A DNA stretch of 64,000 nt from the NCBI GenBank assembly GCA_032718475.1, contig JAUCBJ010008926.1, positions 1 to 64,000 on the forward strand. Direction: 5' to 3'. A program made the position numbers and the translations under genes. Below are positions 11,660 through 23,500 of this stretch, piece by piece. Origin of the DNA: Nemertoderma westbladi. Its lineage: Eukaryota; Animalia; Xenacoelomorpha. The stretch's first letter is position 1, and every line of letters begins with the position of its first letter. Under the pieces are notes generated by a model. It was not told where the DNA came from and made no database searches. It saw only the letters and a list, made by a program, of their open reading frames with translations.

Positions 11660-13135
11660 TATAAAGTTAAATATAGACATTATGTCATAGTGATCTCATT
11701 GGTCATATAAAAACTAATTAATCTAAAAATAGAAATCAATGTATAAAGTAAAGTTAATACAATTAATTAATTTAAAATAAAGTACAACTGAATAATTAAT
11801 TTAGAATTAAATACGAATAAATAAAGTAAAATAAAATACAAATAATTAATTAAATTAAATATAAATAAATAGGTATTAATATATAAAAGAGCCGCTGTGT
11901 CACTTATGACACCCTCTTGGGCCTCTAGGTGTACAGTTAGACAACACTGACACCATTGCGTATCGGATTGATTAATTGGGATAATCAATTAAACCCTAAT
12001 TAGGAGTCGTAAGACACCTATTAGGGTTTAATTGTACTAATTAATTGATGACATCTGTCAATTAGGGTCTAATTAGCCTAATTAGGAGGTGTCACCCAGT
12101 TCGTAGCAGGCACGGAAAATAAAGTGCGCGTAGTTTGCCGGAATCGGGATGGGTTGGTTTAAGGTTGTATTTATCGTTAACGGGAAGAGTTTGTTCGCCG
12201 AATCGAAATATAGACCAAACGAGTTGTCTTGTAGCATAAACTGATTTTCGTTGCAAACCAGATCGTTGCTTGAATAGCTGATTTCTGAATGTGCCATCGT
12301 GATTGTATGAAAAGAAAACATTTTAGAAATATCTGAAATGAAAACCTGCAGCCCTTTCAGTATACTGGTAACTCGTTTAGGAAATAAAAAATAAATAAAT
12401 ACTTTTACGAAAATAATTAAAACTTTTCAGGAAAACAAAGAGACAATGATTGGGAATATGGTGAACGGGGGCTATTATAGAGGGGGCTAGAATGGGTTAG
12501 CCAATCAGGGAACAGGAGGGAGAAAAGACTGTATAATTAAACCAATCAGAGAGCAGCTTTGATGACGTCACATCAGGCGAGATAATGATTACCCAATGTT
12601 ATTCAATGGTAGCCAGAGTGGCGGTATTGAATAATGAAGACAAAGGGGCCGCGAGAGGAAAGATTATAAAGTTAATGATATGGGATCTATAAACCATAGA
12701 GCTAAATATAGACATTATCTCATAATTACGTCATTGGTAATATAAAAACTAATTAATCTAAAAATAGAAATCAATGTATAAAGTAAAGTTAATACAATTT
12801 ATTAATTTAAATTAAAGTACAAATGAATAATTAATTTAAAATTAAATACAAATAAATAAAGTATAATAAAATACAAATAATTAACTAAAATTAAATATAA
12901 ATAAATAGGTATTAATAAATAAAAGAGCCGCGGTGTCACTTATGAAACCCTCTTGGGCCTCTAGGTGTACAGTTAGACAACACTGACACCATTGCGTATC
13001 GGATTGATTAATTGGGATAATCAATTAAACCCTAATTAGGAGTCGTAAGACACCTATTAGGGTTTAATTGTACTAATTAATTGATGACACCTGTCAATTA
13101 GGGTCTAATTAGCCTAATTAGTAGGTGTCACCCAG
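11660..13135. repeat. ~450-bp direct duplication (~11660-12099 and ~12663-13135) with AT-rich tract and hairpins
   Basis: Both copies share the AT tract, CCCTCTTGGGCCTCTAGG and the hairpin CAATTAAACCCTAATTAGG...CCTATTAGGGTTTAATTG, and both end at GGTGTCACCCAG. Confidence 0.9.
12082..12321 (-). CDS. Short unidentified ORF between the duplicated blocks, probably 3'-truncated by the duplication
   Basis: 79-aa ATG ORF after acceptor-like TTTCATTTCAG; CCAAT boxes (12501, 12542) and TGACGTCA (~12563) upstream. Confidence 0.35.
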   Translation of the reverse strand: MFSFHTITMAHSEISYSSNDLVCNENQFMLQDNSFGLYFDSANKLFPLTINTTLNQPIPIPANYAHFIFRACYELGDTS

Positions 13136-13452
13136 ACAGTCTGGCGCCAATGACACCCAATGACTGGTATGTCCGGCTGTCCGGTACATAGCCAGACAAC
13201 TGTAGCCTGTAGGCTGAGGTAAAAGTGGATGCTGGAGCGACACAACCGGTCCGTATAATATAAGCAGAATGCAAGCAAGATATGTAGGCCCGTGCCATAG
13301 ACAGTAAGGGGGAATAATGAAATAGGCCTATACTGTATATATCCATACCAACTCCCCCTTTAGGCGATTTTGTCAGATCAAAATTGTTTACAGTGAACCC
13401 CATACACCATATTATAGTTTAAAAATAATAAATGACTATTCTAGTGTAATAA

Positions 13453-16400
13453 TTAATTTTTATAGTCTCCAAATCGAACAGTAGGTTTTGTTACACGAGT
13501 GCTGCGGCGTATTACGCTCTTACTTTCAGTTTCCAACTCCGGTGTTGGAACTGTTTTCTGTTGGGTTGGGTTCGGTGGTGTTTCGAGTTCAATGACCTCG
13601 TGGTAGCGACGGAGAAAACGTCTGTTTCGCCACCATGTACGACCTGAAGGTAGTTTAACGTGGTAGTCTCGTCGTTTTCCGGCCCCAACTATAATACCGA
13701 CACGATCCCAACGTTTAGATCTGGAGTCTTGGAGGCGAACTTTTGTGCCTATTAGGAATGGTTTGAGGTCCCGCGCCGTTGAATTGTAGTGTTTGACGGC
13801 TTTCTCGCGAATAGTTTCGTGTCGTGCGTCAGCTGTCTCGGCTGACTGCTGCCACTTCGGGTCAAATGAAGTGTGATGGGCTGGTACACGCGATCGCAGG
13901 TTGCGCCCAAAAACGATCTGGCTTGGTGAGCGACCATCCGCGTGTGGTGTGTTCCGTACCTCGAGTAAACCTTCGAGGAATTCCTCAGAATTTATGTCTG
14001 AGGTTGTCGTTTTTGCCAATAGACCTTTAATGAGTTTTACGTGGCATTCCGCGTGCCCGTTACTGGACGGAAAATGCGGCGTACTAGGCGCCCATTCGAC
14101 CCCCCAACGTTGCAGGAATTTCCTAAAGTTGGATGCGGCGAATTGAGGTCCTCCATCGCTTCGAAGTTTGGTTGGAACGCCTAAGTCGACGAAACATTTC
14201 CGTAACACGCTGACGACTTGTTGTGATGTTGGGTCATTACGCCATTGACCAACGAGTGGATAGCCAGATAATAAATCTGTGTAAACAATGTAGTGTCGGC
14301 CGGCGAGAGAGAATAGGTCTGTCGATGCGTGTTCGAAGGGTCTGGTTGGCTGTGGGTCGGCAACCAACGTCTCCTTCGGCAGGCTCGGTAGTCGTTCTTG
14401 GCACTGATGACATTGCTGAACCATTTGGATTATGTCGTTGTTTATTCCCGGCCAGTAGACTGCGGACCGCGCTCTTTGTTTCGTCCGCGTCATACCCTGG
14501 TGGGCGGCGTGTAGGCGTTCTAGAATTTCGGCTCGTTTCGCACTAGGTATAACCAGGCGTGGACCATATAATACCAGGCCGTTATCTACGGAGAGTTCGT
14601 TATGTATGGATTTAAATTGCTGGACGAATCCGGAGGTGTGGTTTTCAGTTGTGAATCCGCTTAGGATTTCAGTAACTAATTGCTGATAGGCCTTATCGTT
14701 TAAGGCTACCTTCCGGATTTCCTCGATAACGGGGTCTGTTGTAGGTGGTTCTAGAACGTTTTCAGGATCTAAGTCCCGAGTATTAGTTAATGCTATCCGT
14801 ATAGCTGCTATGGTTCTTGTGACATCGTCATCTTCCTTTAATAATTCATCAGTGGTATCGGGGTCATCCACTGGAGCTCGGCTGAGACAGTCTGCAATTT
14901 TATTGTCTTTACCTTTTTGCCACACTAATTCAAATTGATATTTCGATTGCAGCTGAGCTTTAATTCGCTGGAGTTTTGTATTATCGACTTGATCCAGGGT
15001 TTGTTTATTGAAGATTGAAAGTAAAGGCCGATGGTCAGTCATAACTTTAAAACTTTCTAATCCAGCTAAATATAGGTGGCATTTACTCATTGCATATTTT
15101 ATAGCAATGGCTTCCAATTCTATTGTGGCATACCGGGTTTCGGCGTCCGATATAAATCGGCTTCCACAGGCAATGAGCTTCCATTTATTATTATTATTTT
15201 GCAGTAAATCGAAGCCAAATCCGTGCAATCGACTGGCGTCTACTTCTAACCGTGTTTCAGCGTGCGGATCGAAGGGTACCAGGATTGGAGGTTTTAGAAG
15301 TGCGTATTTAACAGCCTCGAATGCATTATCATGCATTATTTCCCATGTAAAATGGTTGCGAGTTCGTAGTAACTCGCGCAACGGAGTCGCTGCAGCGCTG
15401 ACTTCCGAGGAAAAGCAACCGAGTTGGTTAACGAGTCCCATAAAACTTCTGAGTTCACTTATGTTAGTTGGTTTGGGAAACTCAGAGATTGCCTTTACTT
15501 TGTTGGGGTCTGCCTCGATGCCGTTGTGTGAAACGATATATCCTGCGAACTTTACTCGTTCTTGAGCAAAGTTGAACTTTTCAGGATGGAGGATGATGCC
15601 AAAATCCCGACAGCGTTGTAGAACCGAACGAACGTGTTCAACGTGAGTGTCAAACTCGACATCCTCGATGAGTAGGTCGTCTACGATTTTATTTATGTTG
15701 GCCATACCCTCAAAAGCCATGTCTCCCCTATAATTATATGAGTCCCCGGTGGATATGAAGCCCATCTGGGCCTGGCAGTACCGGAACCAGCCCCACGGCG
15801 TTAAGAAGGTAGTGAGGTCTCGCGATCCTTCCGCCAACTCGACTTGCCAATAACCAGACTTAGCGTCGATTTTTGTGAAATAATGCGCATCTGGTGTGCG
15901 GTCTGAGACAACGTCGAAAGGAGTTTTGGCATTGTGTATAGTTCGTTTCACCTGATTATTTAATTTGGTAAGGTCAACCGTGATGCGAATTTCATCCGGT
16001 CGACCGGGTTTGGGGCAAACAACCATGGGATGACACCAATCTGTGGCCCGGTCACCCACCCGTTCAATGATGCCTTTGTCCAACATGTCGTTGAGTTCGG
16101 CGTGGGCTTTTTCTCTGTACGCGTAGGGTATAGAGCGGGTGGCGTAGATGCAGAAAGGTTTTGCACCTTCCTTGACTTCTATAGTCATAGGGGGACCCAG
16201 CATCGGTTTAAGTTGGCCTTTGATGGCAAAGACGTCACTAAACTCTTCCAGAAGTTTTTGTTTTATTTTGTCTACGAGTTCAGCATCTATGTTAATAGGT
16301 GCAACCACTTTATTTTCCTTCACTAAATGGAGTGGTATGGGGAATTCGTCGTGGACGATGTTGAAGGCTTTACAAGCTGTAAAGGAAAGATAAATATCTT

Positions 16401-16581
16401 TAATTCCGTCACAAATATAAACCCATTCTTTGTAACGCATGTTTTCAATCTGTAGAGTTAGTTTTAAACGTCCCATACATTTTATTGGATTGCTGTTTAT
16501 TGCTTCCAGTGGCTCGTCTAATTCTCTAAGTTTATTTATAGATATACCGAGGCGACTTAGAATACCGATTCTGCAATGCAA
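13453..16581 (-). CDS. Gypsy Pol: partial protease, reverse transcriptase, RNase H, integrase
   Basis: DAKSGYWQ, IVDD, RSFMGLVN, DAS, YATIELE, TDHRPL, HAAHQG...CHQC, SDGGPQF, SNGHAE, RNRRFLR; RT-RH-IN order. Confidence 0.95.
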   Translation of the reverse strand: MHCRIGILSRLGISINKLRELDEPLEAINSNPIKCMGRLKLTLQIENMRYKEWVYICDGIKDIYLSFTACKAFNIVHDEFPIPLHLVKENKVVAPINIDAELVDKIKQKLLEEFSDVFAIKGQLKPMLGPPMTIEVKEGAKPFCIYATRSIPYAYREKAHAELNDMLDKGIIERVGDRATDWCHPMVVCPKPGRPDEIRITVDLTKLNNQVKRTIHNAKTPFDVVSDRTPDAHYFTKIDAKSGYWQVELAEGSRDLTTFLTPWGWFRYCQAQMGFISTGDSYNYRGDMAFEGMANINKIVDDLLIEDVEFDTHVEHVRSVLQRCRDFGIILHPEKFNFAQERVKFAGYIVSHNGIEADPNKVKAISEFPKPTNISELRSFMGLVNQLGCFSSEVSAAATPLRELLRTRNHFTWEIMHDNAFEAVKYALLKPPILVPFDPHAETRLEVDASRLHGFGFDLLQNNNNKWKLIACGSRFISDAETRYATIELEAIAIKYAMSKCHLYLAGLESFKVMTDHRPLLSIFNKQTLDQVDNTKLQRIKAQLQSKYQFELVWQKGKDNKIADCLSRAPVDDPDTTDELLKEDDDVTRTIAAIRIALTNTRDLDPENVLEPPTTDPVIEEIRKVALNDKAYQQLVTEILSGFTTENHTSGFVQQFKSIHNELSVDNGLVLYGPRLVIPSAKRAEILERLHAAHQGMTRTKQRARSAVYWPGINNDIIQMVQQCHQCQERLPSLPKETLVADPQPTRPFEHASTDLFSLAGRHYIVYTDLLSGYPLVGQWRNDPTSQQVVSVLRKCFVDLGVPTKLRSDGGPQFAASNFRKFLQRWGVEWAPSTPHFPSSNGHAECHVKLIKGLLAKTTTSDINSEEFLEGLLEVRNTPHADGRSPSQIVFGRNLRSRVPAHHTSFDPKWQQSAETADARHETIREKAVKHYNSTARDLKPFLIGTKVRLQDSRSKRWDRVGIIVGAGKRRDYHVKLPSGRTWWRNRRFLRRYHEVIELETPPNPTQQKTVPTPELETESKSVIRRSTRVTKPTVRFGDYKN

Positions 16582-17604
16582 GCGCTTGTTGTTAGCAGTT
16601 TCCCCGTACCGGTATGCACGAATTGTACGGAGATGCGAGGTTTACCAGCCTCCCGGGCTAGTTCGCGTGGTTCAACGCCAATTTTCGCGAGGGAAATCGC
16701 ACCGGAAGTTGCCTTCTTTGGTTGGCGACATAGATGGGTGAAGTGGCCGATACGTTCGCATTTTTTGCATTCGCGGTCAATGGCTTTACACGGTTTATCT
16801 TTCTCGTGAGGCCAAACTCCACCACATTTCCAGCAGCGATTATTGTCTCGTATTTGTGGATGGGGTTTGAATTGTCGACCTTTACTGGAGCTCCGTTGGC
16901 TATCTGACTTACTAAAATTACGCCCTCGGTTCTGAGGTTTAACTGCGTTAACTTTGTATGTCAGTCGTTGATCTTCCCGAACAGCCAGCTCCCGATTACG
17001 GCAAAAATCGACAGTTTCATCGCGGGATAGGGCAGGCCTTTTACCCAAAAGTTCCTGGCGTACCTCCTCATCCCGTATACCGCAAACTATTAAAGTGGAG
17101 ATCCAGTCCTCCTTTGTCATAACTTCAATGTTTGCGTCATCCACCAGTTCGCACAACTGAATGTAGTAATCGTCGAACGACTGTTTGTCTTCCTGTTTAG
17201 TCCGTACCAGTTTGTAGCGGTCTACAGTTATATTCTGTTGTGCGCGGAGGTGTTCCCGTATTTTTACGAGGATTTTGTCTGTTGACAATCGGGTATCTTG
17301 AGGAATTTTGACAGCATAATGCATCCGGTTCAGGAAATCAGGGCTGCAGTATGAAAAGAACGTTGCCACCTGATCTTCCATAGGTTTGCTGTCGAGTTTT
17401 GTCACCCGGGCATAATTGCGCCATGTTGTCTCCCACCGTTTAAATGTTTTGTAGCAACCATTTTCTAAGAACCGTTGTTGCCGTTCTGTCGCTGTACTTA
17501 ATTCCGGCATTTGCGAGGTGTGCTTTAATAGTCGCCCGGTCAAGGTGTTCTATCGAAGCTGGATCAATTTCCCACGTTTCATCCTGGGTTGGGAGTTCGT
17601 CCAT
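16557..17604 (-). pseudogene. Gypsy Gag with two zinc knuckles; N-terminal 54 codons out of frame
   Basis: CWKCGG...H...C and CKKCERIGHFTHLC knuckles; the ATG at 17604 opens MDELPTQDETWEIDPASIEHLDRATIKAHLANAGIKYSDRTATTVLRKWLLQNI*, in a different frame from the Gag core. Confidence 0.85.
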
Positions 17605-18243
17605 CACGCAAATTAAATATGTTTTTTTAATGTATGAAATTTCAAATTATTAATTAGCAAGCAAATAACGTCAGAACGTGCAGACGTGCAGTCGATCGAT
17701 GATCGATCGGTGATATTGCAGTGCAGTTTATTGCGTAAGTTCAAGCGCAGCGCGGTACTGGTACTGCGCCTATCTCACTGCGCCACGGTATGTCCGGCTG
17801 TCCGGTACATAGCCAGACAACTGTAGCCTGTAGGCTGAGGTAAAAGTGGATGCTGGAGCGACACAACCGGTCCGTATAATATCAGCAGAATGCAAGTAAG
17901 ATATGTAGGCCCGTGCCATAGACAGTAAGGGGGAATAATGAAATAGGCCTATACTGATTATATCCATACCAATGACACCCATAGGTGCCATTGGGTGTCA
18001 CCCAGACAGTCTGGGGCCAGTCAGTGAGGTCTAACTGTCACCGAGCCGCACAAGACCCTACTACTAAAATCTAATCATTTGAAATAATTGAATATGTAAT
18101 TAACTACCATTTCCGGGACCGCAGAATGATATATATTTTATTTTCTCACACTACATGTAGGCCCTACTGTTCTACACAATACGGTGGGCCTGCGAAAATA
18201 AGTTATTATAAATATATAAAAACTTCATTAATTAAGGAATAAT

Positions 18244-18705
18244 ATGAACACTCAATGTGTCGTCAGAAACAATAACTTCGCCAATAATGACCACGACCGG
18301 ACCCACTGGGAACTGGAACTAGGATGTAGATAATCTAATTAATGAACGGCAGTTAATTAATTTCCTAACCGATGATCCCAGGTGGTCGACCAATACTTCA
18401 ACAATCTCGAACTTTATGACATTTCGGAAATGTCACCGGAGGATTTCGATCGCTCATCCCGAGCGTCGCAAGTTTCCGAAGAGGAGAAACCGACGGAATC
18501 GTCGCTTCGATTTAGTTTCAAGCGGAGTTCCAAACGAATTCTCGATAGTTGGCCCGGGAGGAAGAAAAGGGGAAGTTCGTGTGACGAATCGAAGAGCGAT
18601 CCATACGAGAAAACGGAAGAGAAACCAACGGTAGAGACTTACACAAACACGGCCTACAGGAATAGCAATACCTCCGTACAAGTGGGTGAGGTGGATAGTG
18701 GATAA
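18244..18705 (+). CDS. Unidentified Ser/Glu/Lys-rich ORF, possibly frameshifted at its 5' end
   Basis: GC-richer island with a 107-aa ORF (18382-18705); the upstream ATG at ~18244 hits a stop. No family recognised. Confidence 0.25.
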
Positions 18706-19555
18706 CCCACTGAGGGGCGGAGTGTTGCTTTATTCACGCACGCTCCGTAATACTGTATTGTTTGAATTAATTTAGGAAACATTGATATTTTTGAGAAACA
18801 GTGCTATTATGTGTAGAAACTTTAAGGCAGCAGATGTGTCACACTTACACTCTTACTCTCAACTTACACACTGACTCCATCTAAATGTTGTAGTCCTCAG
18901 CCACATAACCACTAATACACCCCCCCCCCCCCCCCCCATCTCTACCATCGTAGTCTGTAAATATGGCCTTGGAACTTCGATATAATGGAAGCAAGGGGAG
19001 CCTAATTGACCACAGCAGGAGGGCGCCTCATTGTCACTGCTGTTCAGCAGTGTGGGTACAGTGTACTGTGGGGAACAGCATTGAGGTTTTTACTCCACCT
19101 GTGTTCAGTCTGACAGTGTTCACAATATAGCAATGTAAAATAGGTAGGTAGCCCAATGTAATAATATAGCGATGTAAAGTAATCTTATTGAAGGGAACTG
19201 GGAGGCCGCAGGCCAAGGCCATTATGTGGTCTGATTGGACAGAGTTTGTTTAAGTCGCTGGTTATGTAATAATGGTTAATAGTCTTGTCAAATATCATAC
19301 TGTCAATTGGTTTACTATTATTTTAATATTATAGGGAGCCTACTATTATAACGTTGATAGAGTAAATAATTGTTCATGTATTTAATGTATCTATTTAAAT
19401 CTATTTTTTCAATAATTAGGGGCGGATTTAGGCATAAAGCCGAGTAGGCCGCGGCCTAGGGCCTCCCCCCAACAAGGGGGCATTGTTGATGCCATCAATG
19501 ACAGAGTATTGCCTGATAACTTTATAGAAGTAAAAGTGTCTGAGTCTGTACTCCC

Positions 19556-20460
19556 AGATATTCCCATTGGCGATAGTCCTACTGGCTCCAGAAATCAAGG
19601 AAATCCTGCCAAACCAAACTGCTGTACCAAACTGATCTAGACTTCTGATCAGAGTCACTTGAGGGAGCCCAACGGCTCCTCACTCATTAGAACAGACTGC
19701 TTCTAGTGTTGGTCTTTTTGTTAACACCAAAAAGACCAAAATTGTGACAGTTGACTTAGAAAGTTCTCAGCAAATCTCTGATCGGATGAGCAAAAGCTCA
19801 AAGGATGGTACTATGCTTGATGCGGAAGTCAGGTGAGGACCTTCGAATACGTAAGAGAAAGGCATGGACAGCATTGAATGAAGAATTTGGAAGTCACTCA
19901 GAATTGATCGGAAACTTAAGGTCCGATTATTTAGAGCAGCAGTAGTACCAGTACTCCTCTATGGGAGTTCATGCTGGGCTCTAACTGCTGAGGACACCAA
20001 ATCTCTGGATGCACATTCACAAGAATGCTACGTCGGGTTCACTGTGTCAAGTACAATGCACACATCTCCAACCAGAGACTATATAACATTGGAGGTGTCT
20101 CTATTGGTTCCCCCAAGCTTGACACTAGAACAAAGTCGCCTCCGCTTTGCAGGACATTGCTTTCGCCGTGAGGACCAGCCAGTCATAATCTTGTCTTTGG
20201 CAGCATCATGGAGAATAAGCATGGTGGACAGCCCATGACTTTAGTGAGACGCAACTTACAGGACACCGACCTTGAAGATGCGGATAATCTCGCGAAAGTC
20301 ATAGGGGATAGGGAGTTGTGGCGGTGCAACTTTGTTGATAAGCCGCCACAGCATTCCTAATGCACGCTGCATTGAGCTTGCCAATTGTGGATTGCATGGT
20401 GGTGACAAAATACTTATGTGCAGTTTCAATGCAGCAGGCCGATTACAGTAGTAGTAGACC
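19556..20460 (+). mobile_element. Degenerate 5'-truncated RTE-like LINE
   Basis: Homologous to 25900-26969 in the opposite orientation; TDLDF, KVRLFRAAVVPVLLYG, RLRFAGHCFRREDQP. Confidence 0.85.
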
Positions 20461-22627
20461 CCCACCCTACTTCCACCTTAATATGCTCCGGCTAAACCAA
20501 AGGATAGGCCTATATTTCATTAGTTAAACGAATTAAAAAGTACCTTTTTTGGTAAAAACGAACCGCCCTTTTAACACGTCCAAACACGTGGCCCGGTAAT
20601 GGAGAAGGCGCGCCTACCTACCCTAACATACACACACAGGCACCTTTCCTTGCCTCAATTTTTGCGGGCATTTGAAATAAAAATAAACAAAATATTAAAT
20701 TTTCAGGAATATGTTTAAGTTTTTCTATTTTGGAACAGGAAATTTATATTTCAACAACCTGTTCTCATGACCTACTATAGATACGACCCGCCAAGCTGCT
20801 TTAGTGGGCCAGTTATTTCTCTTAGTTAGAATTCCTGAAACAATACGTCTAGCGCGTCAATAGTACTTGTCCGTAACTAAAATTATGTCCTCTTTCAGAT
20901 GAGACAAATAAAAATTTAATAGCTCCAGTAGTTTTCGAGATAAGAGGAGTTCCTGGCACCCATCCCTTACCATATCAGCACTTTTCGGAATTGATAAAAT
21001 TACTCAAAATACATCACTCTTCAATGACTTCGGTATAACCATTAAACCATATTATGAAATTAGAATAAAATCTTCATTGTTTATTTTATAATAGACACTA
21101 AAAGAGCACCAAAATTACAAGTAGCTCGAAATTTTCAAATAGCCAGAAGTTGTAATTTGTCCTTATAGTTTGGCTACTGAGATTTTAGAATGTGCTGATT
21201 TCATTGGCAAGGTTTATAAAATTGTGGTATTTTAAAAAATGGCCAAAAATTTAGTCGAAAATTGCCAGCCAGTGCACTTCTACTGTACTTCAGTACTGTA
21301 GAATTCTGGTACTGGTCCGGTAATAATGTAGTGATTATTCATTATGTGGTATGTGCATTGCGCTGCACTACTGCGTTAGGCATTCCATTACTGATGACTG
21401 CATTATGTTGTTACGCATCAATGCCTTATTATTACATTACCTGACTTTACCTGACCTACCCATTACCATTTTCTGACAATGCATCAAATCATTTTTGGTG
21501 CTATTTTGGCCCTCCAGCTTGTACGAAGCTACGAGCTACAGTACTTATTACTAGGGTAGCTACTTATTTTTAAATAAACATAGGCCATAACGTCTTCAAC
21601 GCATTTGCACAAAAATTGTTGTTTCTTCGATCCCCATTACCATGAAAATAAATGAAGCTGATGAATAAAATAGTGATATCTGACAAAACCACATTTATTA
21701 ACGTTAATGGTTTAGAGTTAATTGGTTAAAAGTTTGTTTAGTTAATTTTGTAACGTTAATTATTTAAATTAACATAGCGTGATAGTGAATTATCTCTGAT
21801 TCATCACTAAATACAAAAGGGCATTGTCAACCTGACCATGACCATCCCGTAATTATGCATATGCATTGTTATTTTAGGTTAAATTGTAATTGTTTTAAGT
21901 ACTATTTTAAAACTTTCGTTTCTAGTCAGCATCATTGTATCATTATTAGGCCTAATGATCGTACTAGGCCTACTATAGGACAAATTGCTGAATCCAATTC
22001 TGTGACAATTCTATAAACGTAAGTTCGTTCGGATGATTCCCTATCAAGACTCACAGAGGAACGCATCTAATTTTATTCTATCTGGCGCCATTTGTGGAGG
22101 AACGGAATAATGAGTATCACAGTGTTATTAGAACTGTATTTTAGATTACAATTGCAAACTGCACAATGAGCCTAGTCATAATGAATTTATTATACCCCAC
22201 ACAGATTTAGCCCAACCAGCCTTTTAGAACCAACCTTTTTACAAAAAATTACTTACGAGCCCTTTGCTTCCTTCAAGAATAGAGAGAACATAAACAACAA
22301 TATTCCTAATTTCACCCAACCCATGTTGGGAGTTGTTAGAATTGAGTTCTGCCGCCGGCATATCAATAACTTTAATAAAATATTTCGTGAAATATTTTAT
22401 TCTTATCCAAGGAAGTTTCTCTTTAGGGTTTCTAAATTTCCTAGCTTCTTTGGAGTGTCACAGATGCACAGATTTTCAAGAAGTAATTAATTATCTTGGT
22501 AACGTTAATGTTAAAAATCAAGTTCTGTAAAAGTGAATTTAGTAGATTTTCATGACGGGATGTTTATTAATTTATTAAAATCTATGCAAGTGGTCTTAAA
22601 AACAAGATAGTGGTTCCCATGTCGTAT

Positions 22628-22806
22628 CAGACTGCCTATATCTATGTCTACTGCCTATATCTATGTCTACTGCCTATATCTATGTCTACTGCCTATGTCT
22701 GCCTGTATGGATTATCATTAGCGATGGGCACAACTAACCTGCAGTCAATGGACAATGGGAGCAAGAATCTAAGATCATGGCTAAGATCATGGCTAAGATC
22801 ATGGCC
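22628..22806 (+). repeat. Short minisatellites
   Basis: ACTGCCTATATCTATGTCT x3 and CTAAGATCATGG x3. Confidence 0.85.
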
Positions 22807-23104
22807 TAATGAATGTGAGGATAAACATTGTGCCATCCCCTCAGTACAAACAACATTCGGCAGCTGCAGCTCTCGACGACATGGAGGTCTGCAATGGATC
22901 TAACCCATCCGCTCAGATGCATGTACCAGCAGGGCAGGTCACAATGAAGGTAGCACCCTTGATTTTCCATCACACGAGGTAAACAGAACATACAATGATT
23001 GGCTTCTCAACTACCTGGAACATCCCCGTAGAGAGGCTATTGGGCGTATATCTGAAATCAGCTCTGACAATAGGATGGCGTATCGTGAAGTTCGTATCGT
23101 TAAA

Positions 23105-23500
23105 ATTAAAATAAACAAATTAATTAGAGCAATTACCTTCAGTCACTACCGGAAACATGCGGCACCACTATACAAACAATTAAATATACTATCTATAGAC
23201 AAACTACACATTCAGTACTTGAAACATCCAAATTAATGTGGGAAATATAAAACAACAAAAAACGATCTTTTATCACATCATTGTTGCAGCAAACATCCGC
23301 TTTACACACCTGTAATACTCGATCAACGGCACGCCAAAACTACCGCATACCACGGACCCGACTATCACTAACACAAAATTCACTAAAATATCACGGTGCC
23401 ATTGTCTGGAACGCACTAGACACCGACTTAAAACAAAGCAAATTTAAAAAAAAAACACTAGGTAGGAAACTAAAAAATCAATTAATTAACGATCTATAGT
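23105..23500 (+). mobile_element. 3' fragment of an L2/CR1-group LINE ORF2
   Basis: IRAITFSHYRKHAAPLYKQLNILSI and HTCNTR...SLKYHGAIVWNAL, typical post-RT tail motifs. Confidence 0.7.

Larger units (their letters stand above)
13165..17971 (-). mobile_element. Gypsy/Ty3 LTR retrotransposon (Mag-like), full length, defective
   Basis: 186-bp LTRs at 13165-13350 and 17786-17971 (TGGTATG...CATACCA ends, ~5 mismatches); ATGAC TSD at 13160-13164 and 17972-17976; PBS TGGCGCAGTGAG next to the 5' LTR; PPT AAGGGGGAGT at 13351-13360. Confidence 0.95.

Noticed and set aside
13752-16809. Small ORFs overlapping Gypsy pol
   Set aside because: Antisense or alternative-frame shadows without motifs.
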